A DNA stretch of 64,000 nt. It comes from an uncultured virus (IMG/VR IMGVR_UViG_3300024999_000052) (lineage: Duplodnaviria; Heunggongvirae; Uroviricota; Caudoviricetes). How positions within the stretch are numbered: the first letter of the stretch is position 1; each line of letters begins with the position of its first letter. Location of the stretch: IMG/VR virus record IMGVR_UViG_3300024999_000052; one strand, written 5' to 3'. The position numbers were made by a program, and so were the translations under genes. The notes beneath the pieces were generated by a model. The model had not been told where the DNA came from, did not search any database, and saw nothing but the letters and a program-made list of their open reading frames with translations. Shown here one piece after another: positions 20,670 through 29,760 of this stretch.

Positions 20670-21257
20670 TTGTTTGAAATGACAAAAACTGTAAATGTAA
20701 ATTCATCCAAGAATCAAGATATTAAAGGTAAATTTGTTTCTCGCGAAGTCCTTTCCTGTGTTACTGGAATGGTGGAATACATAATTAAACAAGGGTTCGA
20801 GGACAGAGAAGCACCATTTAGTCTTGATGATTGCTCCAATTACTACACGGATAATTCAGGTAAAATTGAGGAGTTAACAGAAAAGAAAGAGCAATTAGAG
20901 GAAGAAATTCAAGACATTGAAAATAGTATTGAAGAACTAGAAGACGAAGATGGAAACAAAGATGAAGAAATACAAACAAAAGAGAATGAAAAAAATAAAC
21001 TTGAAGAAAAAATTTCTTCAATTGAAAACAAAATTGAAGAATTGGAAGAGGAACAGGGCGAAGTCAATGAACCTTATGAGTGGTGGATTGTTTCAAGTTG
21101 GTTATGTGACAAACTAAAAGAAAAAGGTGAAGTTGTTTTGGAAGATGAAAATATATGGGGCAGACAAACTTCAGGCCAAGCGATTCTCTTGGATAGCGTA
21201 ATTTCTGAAATATGCTCAGATATGGGAATCTTAGAAGGTCAAGAACACGAATGGTAA
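20670..21257 (+). CDS. Acidic phage protein with coiled-coil insert
   Basis: EPYEWWIVSSWL..WGRQTSGQAILLD; E-rich heptads. Confidence 0.7.
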   Translation: MFEMTKTVNVNSSKNQDIKGKFVSREVLSCVTGMVEYIIKQGFEDREAPFSLDDCSNYYTDNSGKIEELTEKKEQLEEEIQDIENSIEELEDEDGNKDEEIQTKENEKNKLEEKISSIENKIEELEEEQGEVNEPYEWWIVSSWLCDKLKEKGEVVLEDENIWGRQTSGQAILLDSVISEICSDMGILEGQEHEW

Positions 21258-21260
21258 AAA

Positions 21261-21327
21261 GTCACACTGACGAGTTCTAAATGAACGAAACTAACCTGAA
21301 ATACTATATAACAGGTTAGTATGTGGC
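21261..21327 (+). ncRNA. Hammerhead ribozyme, type I
   Basis: GUCACA-CUGACGA-GUUC/GAAC-GAAA-CUAACCUG..CAGGUUAG-UA-UGUGGC; cut after A21321. Confidence 0.92.
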
Positions 21328-21362
21328 ATTGAAGCTTTAAAATGAAGGAGTGTATATTTATT

Positions 21363-21758
21363 ATGACCAATACAATTAATTCTAATGAATTTCATGTTGC
21401 TTTTACTTTATCTAAAACAAAGGTTTTCAACGTAAGTTACTATACATTAGGAAGTAATAAATCACCATATTTTAGCACTTCAGCAGAAGTATTCAATAGA
21501 CCAAAAACTGATTGGAGTCAATGCGGTCAATGTCAAGGGGAAGTTTTAAAAGGATACAGGATTGCAATGAGTTTTTATAGAAAATGGGACGAATTACACT
21601 TAAAAGAATTGTCCGAAGATCAATACCAAGAATTACTTGAAAACCTTGAAGAACTATTTTTAAAATATCCTTATTTACTAGAAGAAGATAAGGGAATTGG
21701 ATTAAGAGATATTTCTTTTAGTAGAGTAAAAGATTTTTCAATGACAGTGTATAGATAA
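21363..21758 (+). CDS. Hypothetical protein
   Basis: AAGGAG RBS before ATG 21363. Confidence 0.7.
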   Translation: MTNTINSNEFHVAFTLSKTKVFNVSYYTLGSNKSPYFSTSAEVFNRPKTDWSQCGQCQGEVLKGYRIAMSFYRKWDELHLKELSEDQYQELLENLEELFLKYPYLLEEDKGIGLRDISFSRVKDFSMTVYR

Positions 21759-21891
21759 TTACCTCAGAAGCAATAAATAATTATTTTGATAATGCCTAAA
21801 CTCCTGCAAACTGTATAACAGCCATAACAATAGATTGCAGGGGTTTGGAGTTTATCAAGAAATTATGATAGACTGAAGGAGGAAGCACACA

Positions 21892-22083
21892 ATGGATATT
21901 TTAAAAGATGGTACTAAGGTTAAAGTTTATGATCTTTTAGGTGAATTTGTTGAAGGAATTATTCAAGGTAATGATGAATCAGAGTGCGAAGGTAATCTAA
22001 AAGATTTGAATTATTATGTTGTAGTCGATGGAAATTTTGACAATGAAATTATGATACATTGGACGGAAATTGAATTGATTTAA
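21892..22083 (+). CDS. Small acidic hypothetical protein
   Basis: GGAGG RBS. Confidence 0.65.
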   Translation: MDILKDGTKVKVYDLLGEFVEGIIQGNDESECEGNLKDLNYYVVVDGNFDNEIMIHWTEIELI

Positions 22084-22161
22084 ATTTTCCCAGAAAACTT
22101 ACAATTTATGGTATTAAATGGCATAATTAGTATAACAGCAAGCCAAATTTAGTTCATGGGT

Positions 22162-22190
22162 TTTACATACGCACGCACGTATGTTATACT
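22162..22190 (+). promoter_or_regulatory. Promoter with operator-like spacer
   Basis: TTTACA-TACGCACGCACGTATGT-TATACT. Confidence 0.6.
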
Positions 22191-22233
22191 TACATTATCT
22201 TACTACATCACTACATCAAAGGAGGTTACAAAA

Positions 22234-22377
22234 ATGCAAGTATCTCTAAACACTCGAATTGAATTAGAATTACGTCAACGCTTAGACATCTATGTTAAAA
22301 AAACTAATAAATCAATAGCTCAAATTACTGCTGAAGCAATTGAAAAATATTTAGATGAAAAGGAGAAAAAAGAGTAA
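22234..22377 (+). CDS. Ribbon-helix-helix (CopG/Arc-like) regulator
   Basis: VSLNTRIELELRQRLD..KSIAQITAEAIEKYL pattern; AAGGAGG RBS. Confidence 0.75.
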   Translation: MQVSLNTRIELELRQRLDIYVKKTNKSIAQITAEAIEKYLDEKEKKE

Positions 22378-22384
22378 ATTTTTA

Positions 22385-22413
22385 TTGACGTATGCGTGCA
22401 AGCGTGATATGAT
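22385..22413 (+). promoter_or_regulatory. Promoter with related operator-like spacer
   Basis: TTGACG-TATGCGTGCAAGCGTGA-TATGAT. Confidence 0.6.
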
Positions 22414-22466
22414 GTTATTAATCAAGTAAATATTATTTATTAATTTATGAAAGAAGTGATTTAAAA

Positions 22467-22733
22467 ATGTTTAGCAATGAAGAGGAAGAAGTCATGGGAA
22501 CCAGAATCCAAAAAGTCAAAAGCACTATCGATAAAATATTAAAAGATTGTGTAAATGAACTACCAGAAGTCCAATTTGGTTGGAGTGGATCTACTATTGA
22601 GGTTTATTTGTCTGGCGGTAATTATCAAACCAGAAATGTCATTGAGAACCATTTTGTACACAGCAAGAAATATAGAGGAGTTGAGGTGTCAAATAACGAT
22701 ACCCAAAAACATATAAGTTTTACTCTTACGTAA
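22467..22733 (+). CDS. Hypothetical protein
   Basis: ORF downstream of promoter. Confidence 0.6.
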   Translation: MFSNEEEEVMGTRIQKVKSTIDKILKDCVNELPEVQFGWSGSTIEVYLSGGNYQTRNVIENHFVHSKKYRGVEVSNNDTQKHISFTLT

Positions 22734-22762
22734 AAACTTAGAATAAAAAGGAGTGTTTCAAA

Positions 22763-22972
22763 ATGGAATATGACAAAGAAGATTTTAAGGAAATGATTAA
22801 AGACTGGAAGGCAGACAATTCTCCAGAAATGGATGATCTAGAAGTTATTGAAATAGAATTTCTTGAAGATACTCAAGAATGGGTTGCTGTCGCGGAAGAT
22901 GATAAAAGTTCATATTCATTAACCGATGATGGATTGGGAAATATTGTTATCAATTATTCAGGTACTCGTTAA
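22763..22972 (+). CDS. Very acidic small protein
   Basis: D/E-rich 69 aa, AAGGAG RBS. Confidence 0.7.
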   Translation: MEYDKEDFKEMIKDWKADNSPEMDDLEVIEIEFLEDTQEWVAVAEDDKSSYSLTDDGLGNIVINYSGTR

Positions 22973-23031
22973 CAGAGGACTACAGCTTAAAAACTGTAGT
23001 AATGTGCAAGGCATTGTTCCAAGTTATGCCT
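22972..23031 (+). ncRNA. Twister ribozyme, circularly permuted (type-P5-like)
   Basis: ACA-GA-GGA, P1 CUACAG/CUGUAG, UAA-UGU-GC, P4 AGGCAU/AUGCCU with loop UGUUCCAAGUU; UCC/GGA pseudoknot; predicted cut U23000/A23001. Confidence 0.72.
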
Positions 23032-23080
23032 AAACTAAACCTGTTAGCTCTAAGGGAGCAAGGTCAAAGGAGTTTTAAAA

Positions 23081-23323
23081 ATGAGAACATTAACAAAAAC
23101 TGAATGGAAAAGTATTAAAATTGGTAAACTTGATAACCCCTTATCTATTGAAGAGTTCAAAGGACTTTATGGAATTTCTGACGAAGAGTATTATAAGGCA
23201 GAAAGGCAAGGATCTTGTTTAAATGAATATGGAAATTTAGAGATTACTTTTAACGATGATGAAAACGATATGCTTACAGTAGAAATTTATCGCGAACAAA
23301 TTACCCATATTTATACTAATTAA
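23081..23323 (+). CDS. Acidic hypothetical protein
   Basis: AAGGAG RBS. Confidence 0.65.
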   Translation: MRTLTKTEWKSIKIGKLDNPLSIEEFKGLYGISDEEYYKAERQGSCLNEYGNLEITFNDDENDMLTVEIYREQITHIYTN

Positions 23324-23425
23324 TTTAATTGACAATAGTATTGGCTGAAGGTTGCACACCAATAATTCTATAACAATTTGGCGTGTGACATTGAACCAAA
23401 ATATTGTTGAAAGAGGGAATATGTC

Positions 23426-23914
23426 ATGTTAACAATCAAAAAACTTCAAGATGCCAAAAAGGAATTATTAAAACGTGGTGGAGCAATTTATGTTGTGTAC
23501 TCTGCTGAAAAGGTTGAAGTTTGGGTTAATTCTGGAGGTTACAGTGCGGTGTCAATGGGAACTAATGTAATTCAAATTCTTGACGAAGGACAAATTAAAT
23601 ATGATAATGTGTTCTATCAAAGTAAAAATCAAGAGATGAGTTTGCAGGAATTTTGTGATATGGTAAATAATGAATATTTTCAAGATGAAATTAAAATGGA
23701 AGATGCTACGCTTATTAAGTCTTATAATATTGGTGGAAAAACTACAGAACTACGTTTCACTCCAAAAGCCAATACTCAAACATGGCCCGGATATGACGAT
23801 TCATTATCTTTGCGTTACACTGGTTATTGGTATGGGACTTATGATCATCATGAACATATCGGAAAGACTAAGAAGGAAGCACTGGAATATCTTGCAGGAA
23901 ACTATGGGATTTAG
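23426..23914 (+). CDS. Hypothetical protein
   Basis: ORF with RBS. Confidence 0.65.
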   Translation: MLTIKKLQDAKKELLKRGGAIYVVYSAEKVEVWVNSGGYSAVSMGTNVIQILDEGQIKYDNVFYQSKNQEMSLQEFCDMVNNEYFQDEIKMEDATLIKSYNIGGKTTELRFTPKANTQTWPGYDDSLSLRYTGYWYGTYDHHEHIGKTKKEALEYLAGNYGI

Positions 23915-24000
23915 TTTATTGAATTGAATTTGAATTCAATGCACCATGAATCTACAATCTCTATAACAATCATGGGGTATCGGTTCGAGGTAAAATTAAT

Positions 24001-24264
24001 TTGAAAGTGGGAATTAAAATGTCTAATGATAAAACTCCTAAAAAATGGAATGATGAAAATTACCTTGTAAAATTATATGATGTAACATGGGAAGTTCCTA
24101 GAATTGAAGTTTATTTAAATGACAATTGCATTACTATTATCCACAATCCTAGTGAGTTAGTAGAAAACCAAAACGGAGATTCAAGATTCTATTATATCTT
24201 ACCTGAGATTGTGGAACGAGTAGTTAGTAAATTTTTAGACGAGTTAAAACCTAGTAAACAATAA
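24001..24264 (+). CDS. Hypothetical protein
   Basis: ORF track; probable start ATG 24019. Confidence 0.6.
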   Translation: MKVGIKMSNDKTPKKWNDENYLVKLYDVTWEVPRIEVYLNDNCITIIHNPSELVENQNGDSRFYYILPEIVERVVSKFLDELKPSKQ

Positions 24265-24289
24265 TTTTAATTGAAAAGGAGTTTTAAAA

Positions 24290-24574
24290 ATGCATCAAAT
24301 GGAGCAAGTAAAATTAGCTAACAAATTAATGGAAGGGGAGAAAGAATTCAATAAGTCATTACCTTGCAAAGAAATAACTATGACCGCAGAGCAAGCCAAA
24401 ATTTATATCAGTAAATATGTCATTCCTCAATGCAACAAAGGAAATGAAGCAATTCTAAGAGAGTTAATATTTTCATTGTCTAATGTTGATTGGAGCAAAG
24501 CAGGGAACATTATTATCCATGAACATCCTGAATTGATTCAGGAACGAATTGACAGGGATTTAATAAGCAAATAG
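24290..24574 (+). CDS. Hypothetical protein
   Basis: AAGGAG RBS. Confidence 0.65.
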   Translation: MHQMEQVKLANKLMEGEKEFNKSLPCKEITMTAEQAKIYISKYVIPQCNKGNEAILRELIFSLSNVDWSKAGNIIIHEHPELIQERIDRDLISK

Positions 24575-24669
24575 GGCAATCAAAGCCCTTTTAAAACCTC
24601 CAAACTAGCAATAACAGCATAACATCATAATTGCAGAGCTTGGAGAGTTTAAAAGACTTTGATTAAATT

Positions 24670-25137
24670 TTGAAGCAAATGAAAGGTGGAATACATATTA
24701 TGAGCAAAACTGTAAGTCAAGTTAAAGAATGGTTCACAACATTAGAGGTTAATGCAGAAATTAAATTCAACGGAAAAACACTTTCTATCAATGGAACTAA
24801 TTTTAGAATACCTAGAACTGAAAATCTTGATACTAGAATTAATTTTGATGCAAAGGTCGATTCTTTCATACGGAGTCTATTCCCTGAAAGTATGGAAATT
24901 GAGTTGACTGAGAAATATGCTCAACTTTCCAACGAGTTAAAATTGCAACAAATTAGCATTGACTTTTCACGAATTAATTACAGTTCATACTGCTCTAGAA
25001 ATATCAAGCGTAGCATAGAAGATGCTAAAAAATTACTAGAATTTGTTTCTACTTATCCTGAATTTTATTCAATCATCGAAAAATATTCTGCTTATAGGAG
25101 TCTGATTGAAATGGGATGGGATGATATTATTGAATAA
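24670..25137 (+). CDS. Hypothetical protein
   Basis: ORF track; probable start ATG 24700. Confidence 0.65.
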   Translation: MKQMKGGIHIMSKTVSQVKEWFTTLEVNAEIKFNGKTLSINGTNFRIPRTENLDTRINFDAKVDSFIRSLFPESMEIELTEKYAQLSNELKLQQISIDFSRINYSSYCSRNIKRSIEDAKKLLEFVSTYPEFYSIIEKYSAYRSLIEMGWDDIIE

Positions 25138-25370
25138 AATATTAAGGTGAGTTCTTAGAATCTTAAAATAAAATAAAAGGAGGTAATAATAATGGCAGGA
25201 GTTAACTTAAAACTACTCAAAGAATTCAGAACTTTTTGTGAAGCATATCCTCAAGTGCCATTTACAATGGATGCGTTCGATAAATTTATTGCTCATATTT
25301 CTAAGTAATCTTACATACACTAAAGCAAACCAATACCATAAAATAAAATTAATGAAAGAAGGTTAATCAA

Positions 25371-25661
25371 ATGCAAAGACCTAAAAATATCAAAAACTTA
25401 ACCCATTCTGCTTCCATGCTTAACTCCCTATACTTAGGCAAAGAAATTGTTTACACTGGCACAGGACATTCCCTAAGACCTTACAGGGGAGAAATTATTA
25501 ATATTGCATATTATTCAGACTTAGATCCTATTCCATATGCAGAAATTAAATTAAAATTATGGAATAACCGGACAGTAACTAAAATTCTCCCATTGTCAGA
25601 AATTATTCTAGTATCTTCTTTGAAGAAAACTAAAACTAAAAAATCTAAGGTTGCAGCATAA
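25371..25661 (+). CDS. Hypothetical basic protein
   Basis: ORF with RBS. Confidence 0.6.
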   Translation: MQRPKNIKNLTHSASMLNSLYLGKEIVYTGTGHSLRPYRGEIINIAYYSDLDPIPYAEIKLKLWNNRTVTKILPLSEIILVSSLKKTKTKKSKVAA

Positions 25662-25814
25662 TTTGTATTACTTATGGATACATGGTATAATACTTAAAAT
25701 GCAAATATAATTATTGCAAATTGTATTATACCATGTAAAAATTAAGGGATACAAATTGGTAAGTAAATATCTCATTTTCTCTATAACAATGAAGGTTAGG
25801 AGGTTAGAGCCATA

Positions 25815-26075
25815 ATGTCAAACATAAATATACTAAAATCTAATCATGATATTATTCTTAGGGAAGCAAGTCAAAAAGGATTTAATTATACTGGAGATAA
25901 TTTATTCACATTTATTCAATGGAAATCAAAAGGTTATATGATTACAAGAGGTCAGAAGGCTTTCATTATGCTTTATCTCTGGAATCAAGGCGAGAACAGA
26001 AGGAAGGTACTAACTGGACTCTTTACATCAGATCAAGTACAGAAAAGTCGATGTAATCAATTAGTTGTGGTATAA
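25815..26075 (+). CDS. Hypothetical protein (ArdC N-terminal-like TFxQWxxxGxxxxKG motif)
   Basis: LFTFIQWKSKGYMITRGQKA..LF..DQV. Confidence 0.55.
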   Translation: MSNINILKSNHDIILREASQKGFNYTGDNLFTFIQWKSKGYMITRGQKAFIMLYLWNQGENRRKVLTGLFTSDQVQKSRCNQLVVV

Positions 26076-26142
26076 TCTGTATAACACGGACGTTACAGAG
26101 ATTCTGGATCATTTTGTAAATTAATTAATTGGAGGTTTTAAA

Positions 26143-26340
26143 ATGAATGAAGAAATTGACATCCAAATTAGTTTTACTCCTCATCCTTGGGATAATCAAA
26201 AAGAGCCTTATTTCTGGATTATTCTAAAAGGTAATGATTCTAAACATAATGCAGGATGTGGATGGGCAGAAAGTCCTCAGAAAGCATGGAAGAAAGCTAA
26301 CGAATATTATGAGAAGCATGTTAAAAATGTAATGTCATAG
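26143..26340 (+). CDS. Hypothetical protein
   Basis: GGAGG RBS. Confidence 0.65.
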   Translation: MNEEIDIQISFTPHPWDNQKEPYFWIILKGNDSKHNAGCGWAESPQKAWKKANEYYEKHVKNVMS

Positions 26341-26416
26341 AACTATTATTTCATGCAGAATACCATAACCGCAAACCCTTATAATAGTAGGGTTTCAGGG
26401 GTTGACGATTTAGAAA

Positions 26417-26761
26417 ATGAAAGAAGGTAATTTAATGTTAAAAACAAAAATTTCCATAACAAAATGGATTAGAGAAAATTTTATTAATGGAGAACTCCTT
26501 GCTGAGTTTATAGAATTTACGAATTTGCATGAGTTTATTTTAGAAGGAAGAACATTAAAACCAGAATATATGGAAAAATACGAGACTTGGAGAGAAAAGT
26601 ATTTATCAGTTTTTAACAGCATTAAAGACTACCCTGAAATAGAAATAGTCGAACGGTTTGGAAATGAAACTCATAAGACAATGAGAACACCTTTGAATTA
26701 TATGTGGTATATGTATGCAAATGATGCTAAAAAGAGAAATAAACTGTTTAAAACAGCTTAA
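26417..26761 (+). CDS. Hypothetical protein
   Basis: ORF track. Confidence 0.6.
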   Translation: MKEGNLMLKTKISITKWIRENFINGELLAEFIEFTNLHEFILEGRTLKPEYMEKYETWREKYLSVFNSIKDYPEIEIVERFGNETHKTMRTPLNYMWYMYANDAKKRNKLFKTA

Positions 26762-26892
26762 AAAGCAAGGGTTAATAGAGTGAAAATAATTTATTTGTTT
26801 TTATTCTTAGAGTACATTATAATAATTAGTGTATTCTATAGAGTGAAAACTCTAAAATTATAAAAAGAGGAGGGTAGAAAGAAACTTAAATA

Positions 26893-27822
26893 GTGATAAA
26901 TAAAAAGGAGAGATTAAATAATTTGGCAAGTCTAAAACAATTAGAAGCGATAGAAAGATTAAAAAAGGCTAAACTAGAACGTGAACATAAATTAGTTGAT
27001 GGAATAGATTATAAATTCTGTAGTATACATCACACCCATTTCCCAGGTGAAGACATATGGTTTCCTGCTACAACAGAATATTTTTATTACCATAGTAAAA
27101 ATAAGTCAGACTATTTATACCCTTATTGTAAAAGATGTGCAAGTAAAAAAGGAGTACAACAATGGAGAGACGATCCGATTAAACATAGGGAAGCACATAG
27201 AAGATATGAAAAAACTAAAAAATTTAAAATATGGATGCGAAAAAACCAAATGGAATCTGTTGATTATATGGTTCAATATAGAAAAGATAACCCTGAAAAA
27301 ATGAGAGGATATACAAAAAATCATAGAATTCATGATATTACTGAGGCAGAATGGAGAAGATGTTTAAAGATATTTGATTATAGGTGTGCATACTGTGGAA
27401 TAACTCAAGAGGAAAGTTTAAGAATACATAAACAAAAATTGCATAAAGATCATGTAGATTATGAAGGTTATAATGACTTAAGAAATGCTGTGCCAGCATG
27501 TAGGAGTTGTAATAGTAAAAAACATCAATATAATATGGAAACATGGTTCAAGGAAGAAGAATATTTTAATGAAGAAAGTTTGTCTTTTATTTATTGGTGG
27601 ATAATTGAAGGATATAAGGATTATATAGAAGATAAACCTCCTTACAGAATAATTAAAGAAAAGAACAAAGATAATGATAAATTCCATTGGAATTTATGGA
27701 CAGTAAATGAATATAGAAATACCATTGAAATAGTTATTACAAAGAATAAAAAGAAAGAAATAACAATAGAAATAGAGAGAGGGATTTTAAATGAAATATT
27801 AACACTTGAAGTAGCAAAATAA
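26893..27822 (+). CDS. HNH endonuclease (paralog of 59041..59940)
   Basis: CAYCG..HKDHVD..DLRNAVPACRSCNSKK. Confidence 0.85.
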   Translation: MINKKERLNNLASLKQLEAIERLKKAKLEREHKLVDGIDYKFCSIHHTHFPGEDIWFPATTEYFYYHSKNKSDYLYPYCKRCASKKGVQQWRDDPIKHREAHRRYEKTKKFKIWMRKNQMESVDYMVQYRKDNPEKMRGYTKNHRIHDITEAEWRRCLKIFDYRCAYCGITQEESLRIHKQKLHKDHVDYEGYNDLRNAVPACRSCNSKKHQYNMETWFKEEEYFNEESLSFIYWWIIEGYKDYIEDKPPYRIIKEKNKDNDKFHWNLWTVNEYRNTIEIVITKNKKKEITIEIERGILNEILTLEVAK

Positions 27823-27941
27823 TATTAGTTATAAACCTAGACTATTTGTAAAGACTATGATAGTCTAGGTTTATCTTTAAGTTAGCAGGGTTTATAACAA
27901 TCATGCTAGGTGGTATAACAAATAACAGGAGGATGATAAAA

Positions 27942-28400
27942 ATGTCTAAAATAACTTATAAGGACAAATTAACTATAACTCTTGATAAAAATGATATGGT
28001 TCAATCAATTGAATGCACTCTTCCTATTTTGGGAGAAGGTATGGACAGAATAGTATACGAGTTATCAAATGAAAGAGTATTAAAAGTTGCTAAGTCAATC
28101 AGAGCGTCTTGTATTAATTGGGATGAAATTACAATTTTCGAAAATATAAAAGGAAAGGAATGTATTGTTCATTTCCCAATTGTTTATGAGTATGAAGAAA
28201 GTTATGGGTTCTGGTATGTATGCGAAAGGATTACTATGTCTTCTCAAGCTATGACGGAGGTTTTAAAGTTCGTTCCTTGTTTAGACTGCTCAGATAATGC
28301 AGGTTATAACAAAGAGGGTAAATTAACTATTGTAGATGCAGACAGATTAAATTGGACTTGGTTTGTTAGAAGTGAAAATCCATATGCTAAGAATGAATAA
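27942..28400 (+). CDS. Protein-kinase-like fold protein
   Basis: LGEGMDRIVY..VLKVAK..N..E..NAG..IVD. Confidence 0.55.
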   Translation: MSKITYKDKLTITLDKNDMVQSIECTLPILGEGMDRIVYELSNERVLKVAKSIRASCINWDEITIFENIKGKECIVHFPIVYEYEESYGFWYVCERITMSSQAMTEVLKFVPCLDCSDNAGYNKEGKLTIVDADRLNWTWFVRSENPYAKNE

Positions 28401-29448
28401 GTCCTATCAAAAGTAAAGTTTATTGTATTTAAGAAAGGGGTGAACAATATGAATTTAGAATTAACTCAGAAAGAAAATGAAGTTCTTTATAACTTTTTAG
28501 GTAGTCTTAATTATTATGAGATTATGGCTATATTGTGCAAGTCTTATCCTGAGAAAGAATTAGAAGAGGTAAGTGCTATCTTGACTAAGATTACAAGAAA
28601 AGTAGAAATCTAATCTATTTAAAGAAAGGAATGATTTATTATGGCATCTAGACAAATAGCAGAAATCAAAGCATATGAATATGACACTAAAGAAGAAATG
28701 GAAAGAGAAATTTATGCCTTACGTGATTCTAAAGAATGGAAAGTGCAAAATACTTATGAATTGAATGAAAAATGGAGAGCAGAATATTTTAAGATTAATC
28801 TGTGATGTAATTTAAGTTCATATTCGCCATAACAGAGAGTATATAACAGCAAGGGGTATGGCGTTGTGGGCTTATATTATAGCATCGGTTGCTAAAATAA
28901 ATATTAGGAGGAAATTATTATGAAAATACCAAAAGACAATCAATTCACTTATAAAATAAGTGACGGAATGATTAAAGGATATTTTAACATTTATCAAGGT
29001 AGAGGTGGTAAGATATGTTTAAGTATGGGTGAAGCAGTAACTCCTTTATCCAAGGAACAAATTCAAGAATTACACATAGATTGCTATTCTCTTATTGATT
29101 TTGATCATGAATTATATATGAAAGCTTATTTGTAACTTAAAATGTTATTTTTATGTGGGGATAGAAAGGAGAATAAAAATGAAAATCAAACATTCTTGTT
29201 GGTGTTGCCTCCTGCTTAATGCGGATAAAGTTGAATCTAAATTCTGTGTCAAAGGTCACAAACTTAAATTTATCTTCAATATTAATGAATGCTCAGACTG
29301 GGATGGTTAACCACAAAATATCAATAACAGAACTGCCATAACAAATCGACCATTATTTTGGCAGTGAATTATAGAATTTTTATTTATTTTAGCATTGTAT
29401 TGACTTACTTTGTATTTTATTGTATACTGATAATACGGTAGAAAGGAG

Positions 29449-29727
29449 GTGAAAATAAAAATGACAGTAATTGACCAAAGCAACTTATTCAATCTGATTT
29501 CTCAATATAATAAAATTGATTCTACCACTATAAAGAGAAATATAATTAGATTGATTGATGATTCTCAGTACCATAAAAACATACCCGTATTAGCCAGAAG
29601 ACTTGACGTAAATGTAAATACCGTATACGGATGGAGACAACCACAGCGAAAATTAAATGTTGGATTTGAAGCAGCATTAAAATTATCTCATGCTTTAGGA
29701 GTTAGTATAACAGAATTAATGAAATAA
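29449..29727 (+). CDS. XRE-type HTH regulator (paralog of 34320)
   Basis: LARRLDVNVNTVYGW..ALKLSHALGVSITELM. Confidence 0.8.
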   Translation: MKIKMTVIDQSNLFNLISQYNKIDSTTIKRNIIRLIDDSQYHKNIPVLARRLDVNVNTVYGWRQPQRKLNVGFEAALKLSHALGVSITELMK

Positions 29728-29760
29728 AAAATCAAATTAGAAAGAAGGATAAAATACATA

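Noticed and set aside
23047..23059. GCTC-TAAGG-GAGC hairpin (also at ~36795) as a CsrA site
   Set aside because: GGA falls partly in the stem and there are only two copies; insufficient support
15400..29365. Possible CRISPR or mini-array interpretation of the regularly recurring hairpins
   Set aside because: Stems are unrelated in sequence, spacing is gene-sized, and no identical direct repeats or cas genes are present
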